A DNA stretch of 64,000 bases. Origin: an uncultured Alphaproteobacteria bacterium. GTDB taxonomy: Bacteria; Pseudomonadota; Alphaproteobacteria; CBDUZE01. Shown here piece after piece: positions 61,914-64,000 of the stretch. Both the position numbers and the translations under genes were made by a program. The stretch's first letter is position 1, and each line of letters begins with the position of its first letter. The DNA lies in contig CBDUZE010000013.1 in assembly GCA_965371625.1 (NCBI GenBank), forward strand, positions 34,107 to 98,106. The letters run 5' to 3'. A model generated the notes under the pieces. It saw only the letters and a list, made by a program, of their open reading frames with translations. It did no database searches and had not been told where the DNA came from.

Positions 61914-63953
61914 ATGGGCCAGTACGACGCACTCTTCGAGCCCTTGGAGATCAAGGGCGTGGTGATCCGCAACCGGATCATGAGCACCAGCCACTCGCCG
62001 GCCTACGCGGTGGGCGGCGAGATCACCGAGCGCTACCGCCTCTACCACGCCGAGAAGGCCAAGGGCGGCGTCGGGCTGACCCAGTTCGGCGGCGCCACCG
62101 GGGTCTCGATCGAGAACTCCTACCACTACGGCCAGGTCAACGGCGCCACCGACGCCGTCATCCCCCAGTTCCAGGCCATGGCCGCCGGCATCCACGAGCA
62201 CGGTGCCAAATGCATGGTCCAGCTCACCCACGGCGGCCGCCGCGAGCGCTGGGACGACCACAACTGGTTGCCGGTGTTCTCGGCCTCGTGCCGGCGCGAG
62301 CTCATCCACCGCTCCTTCCCGGTCGAGATGGAGGACCACGACATCCGCCGCATCACCGCGGACTTTGCCCAGGCGGTGCGGCGCGCTAGCGAAGGCGATG
62401 TCGACGGCATCGAGATCTCGTGCCAGGCGGGGACCCTGATCGAGCAGTTCTGGTCGCCGCTGATGAACCAGCGCGGCGACGCCTACGGCGGCAGCCTCGA
62501 GAACCGGGTGCGCTTCGGCCTCGAGGTGTTCGAGGCCATCCGCGCCGAAGTCGGCGAGGACTACGTGGTCGGCCTGCGCATGCCCGGCGACCAGATGATC
62601 GAGGGCGGCCTCACCCAGGAGGACTGCCTGGCCATCGCCAAGGCCTACGCCACCTCCGGCATGGTCGACTTCATCAGCGTGGTCGGCGCCCAGGCCTCGG
62701 ACTTCCGCTCCTCGGCGCTGATCTGGCCCACCATGTGGGTGCCCTCGGCGGGCTTCCTCTACCTCGCCAGCGCGATCAAGGCCGAGGTCGAAATTCCCAT
62801 CTTCCACGCCACCCGCATCACCGATCCGGCGACCGCGGCGCGGGCGCTGGAGGAGGGCCACGTCGACATGGTCGGCATGACCCGGGCGCTGATCGCCGAC
62901 CCCCACTTCGTCAACAAGCTGCGCCAGGGCCGCGAGGACGAGATCCGCCAGTGCGTCGGCGCCGGCTACTGCGTCGACCGGGTGATCAGCGGCCACGACG
63001 CGCTGTGCATCCAGAACGCCTCGACCGGGCGCGAGAAGACCCTGCCTCACGTGGTGGCCAAGGCGACGGTCAAGCGCCGCGCCGTGGTGGTGGGCGGCGG
63101 CCCCGGCGGCATGGAGGCGGCGCGGGTGCTGGCCGCGCGCGGTCACCAGGTGGTGCTGTTCGAGCGCGGCGCCGCGCTCGGCGGCCAGATCAACATCGCC
63201 GCCCGCGCCGGCTGGCGCGAGACCCTCTCCGGCATCCCGCGCTGGTTCGAGGGCGAGCTCGCCCGGCTCGGCGTCGAGCTGCGCCTCGAGAGCGAAGCCG
63301 GGGCCGACCAGGTCCTCGCCCTGGACCCGGAGATCGTCATCGTCGCCACCGGAGGGCGTCCCAACAAGGGCTGGTTCAGCGGTACCGAGCACGCGCTCTC
63401 GACCTGGCAGGTCTTGAGCGGCGAGGTCGAGCCTGGCGAGACCGTGCTGATCTTTGACGAGAACGGCTCCCACCATGGCCCCTCGTGCGCCGAGTACATG
63501 GCGGCGCGCGGCGCCCGGGTCGAGATCGCGACGCCCGACCGGGCGCTGGGCACCGAGCTCGCCGAGACCAACTTCGGCGCCCACATGAGCGAGCTCTACA
63601 AGCTCGGCGTCATGATCTCAGCAGACCTGCGCCTCACCGAGGTCGCGCCCGAGGGCAACAAGCTGGTGGCGGTGCTCGTCAACACCTACACCGAGGAGGC
63701 CGAGGAGCGCCTGGTGGACCAGGTGGTGGGCGAGCACGGCACCCTGCCCAACGACGCGCTCTACAACGAGTTGAAGCCGCGCTCGCGCAACCTCGGCGAG
63801 GCCGACCTCGAGGCCCTGGTCGGCGCGACGCGGCAGGCGACGGAGCGCAACAGAGAGGGTCGCTTCCAGCTCTTCCGCGTCGGCGACGCCTGGGCCAGCC
63901 GCAACGTCCACGCCGCGGTCCTCGACTCCTTGCGCCTGTGCAAGGACCTGTGA
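61914..63953 (+). CDS. NADH:flavin oxidoreductase, N-methylproline demethylase (StcD/HpbA)-like
   Basis: RNRIMSTSH.PAY, KAKGGVGLT, QLTHGGRR, CVGAGYC-x11-C, GGGPGG FAD motif, GDA.ASRNVHAA..D.LRL. Confidence 0.85.
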   Translation: MGQYDALFEPLEIKGVVIRNRIMSTSHSPAYAVGGEITERYRLYHAEKAKGGVGLTQFGGATGVSIENSYHYGQVNGATDAVIPQFQAMAAGIHEHGAKCMVQLTHGGRRERWDDHNWLPVFSASCRRELIHRSFPVEMEDHDIRRITADFAQAVRRASEGDVDGIEISCQAGTLIEQFWSPLMNQRGDAYGGSLENRVRFGLEVFEAIRAEVGEDYVVGLRMPGDQMIEGGLTQEDCLAIAKAYATSGMVDFISVVGAQASDFRSSALIWPTMWVPSAGFLYLASAIKAEVEIPIFHATRITDPATAARALEEGHVDMVGMTRALIADPHFVNKLRQGREDEIRQCVGAGYCVDRVISGHDALCIQNASTGREKTLPHVVAKATVKRRAVVVGGGPGGMEAARVLAARGHQVVLFERGAALGGQINIAARAGWRETLSGIPRWFEGELARLGVELRLESEAGADQVLALDPEIVIVATGGRPNKGWFSGTEHALSTWQVLSGEVEPGETVLIFDENGSHHGPSCAEYMAARGARVEIATPDRALGTELAETNFGAHMSELYKLGVMISADLRLTEVAPEGNKLVAVLVNTYTEEAEERLVDQVVGEHGTLPNDALYNELKPRSRNLGEADLEALVGATRQATERNREGRFQLFRVGDAWASRNVHAAVLDSLRLCKDL

Positions 63954-64000
63954 TGGTGGCCCGGCGGCGCCGATGAGCGGCTCGGACGAGCGCCGGCGCC

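Noticed and set aside
63973-64000. Start of a next gene at the window edge
   Set aside because: Only 9 codons are visible; cannot be supported

Overview
High-GC alphaproteobacterial chromosome segment; gene order suggests a Rhodospirillales-like lineage. About 57 CDS are supported, and I saw no rRNA, tRNA, CRISPR array, integrase or transposase. The left ~20 kb is core-like: a PAS histidine kinase, an M23 peptidase/bactofilin cell-shape module, DUF455, bcp, glnE, an AsmA/YhdP-like gene, tyrS, anmK, and a cysE-iscR-two cysteine desulfurases-fdx-tenA operon that lacks iscU/iscA/hscBA. The rest is metabolic and accessory. It holds paaK and a thiolase separated by a RelE/RHH toxin-antitoxin module, and a LIV-type aromatic-acid ABC transporter. 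It also holds a 2-aminobenzoate(abm)-like CoA cluster in which the usual monooxygenase/reductase is absent and a 4-Cys old-yellow-enzyme fused to an FN3-like domain is present, plus a laoCBA-like triad, a DEAD-box helicase and nfeD/stomatin. Four TPR genes occur (GT41, sulfotransferase-like and 2OG-oxygenase-like fusions, and a secreted TPR array followed by a broken CHAT tail). An operon of two paralogous secreted Cys3 proteins plus SCO lies near the right end. Non-coding features include REP/REPIN-like palindromic elements, an 18-bp perfect palindrome (probable MarR operator), three 3'-end gene remnants and many short tandem duplications. The best candidates for an undescribed system are the oxygenase-less abm-like cluster with the OYE-FN3 fusion and the Cys3-pair/SCO operon. 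All functional calls come from motif recognition by eye; no database searches were run.
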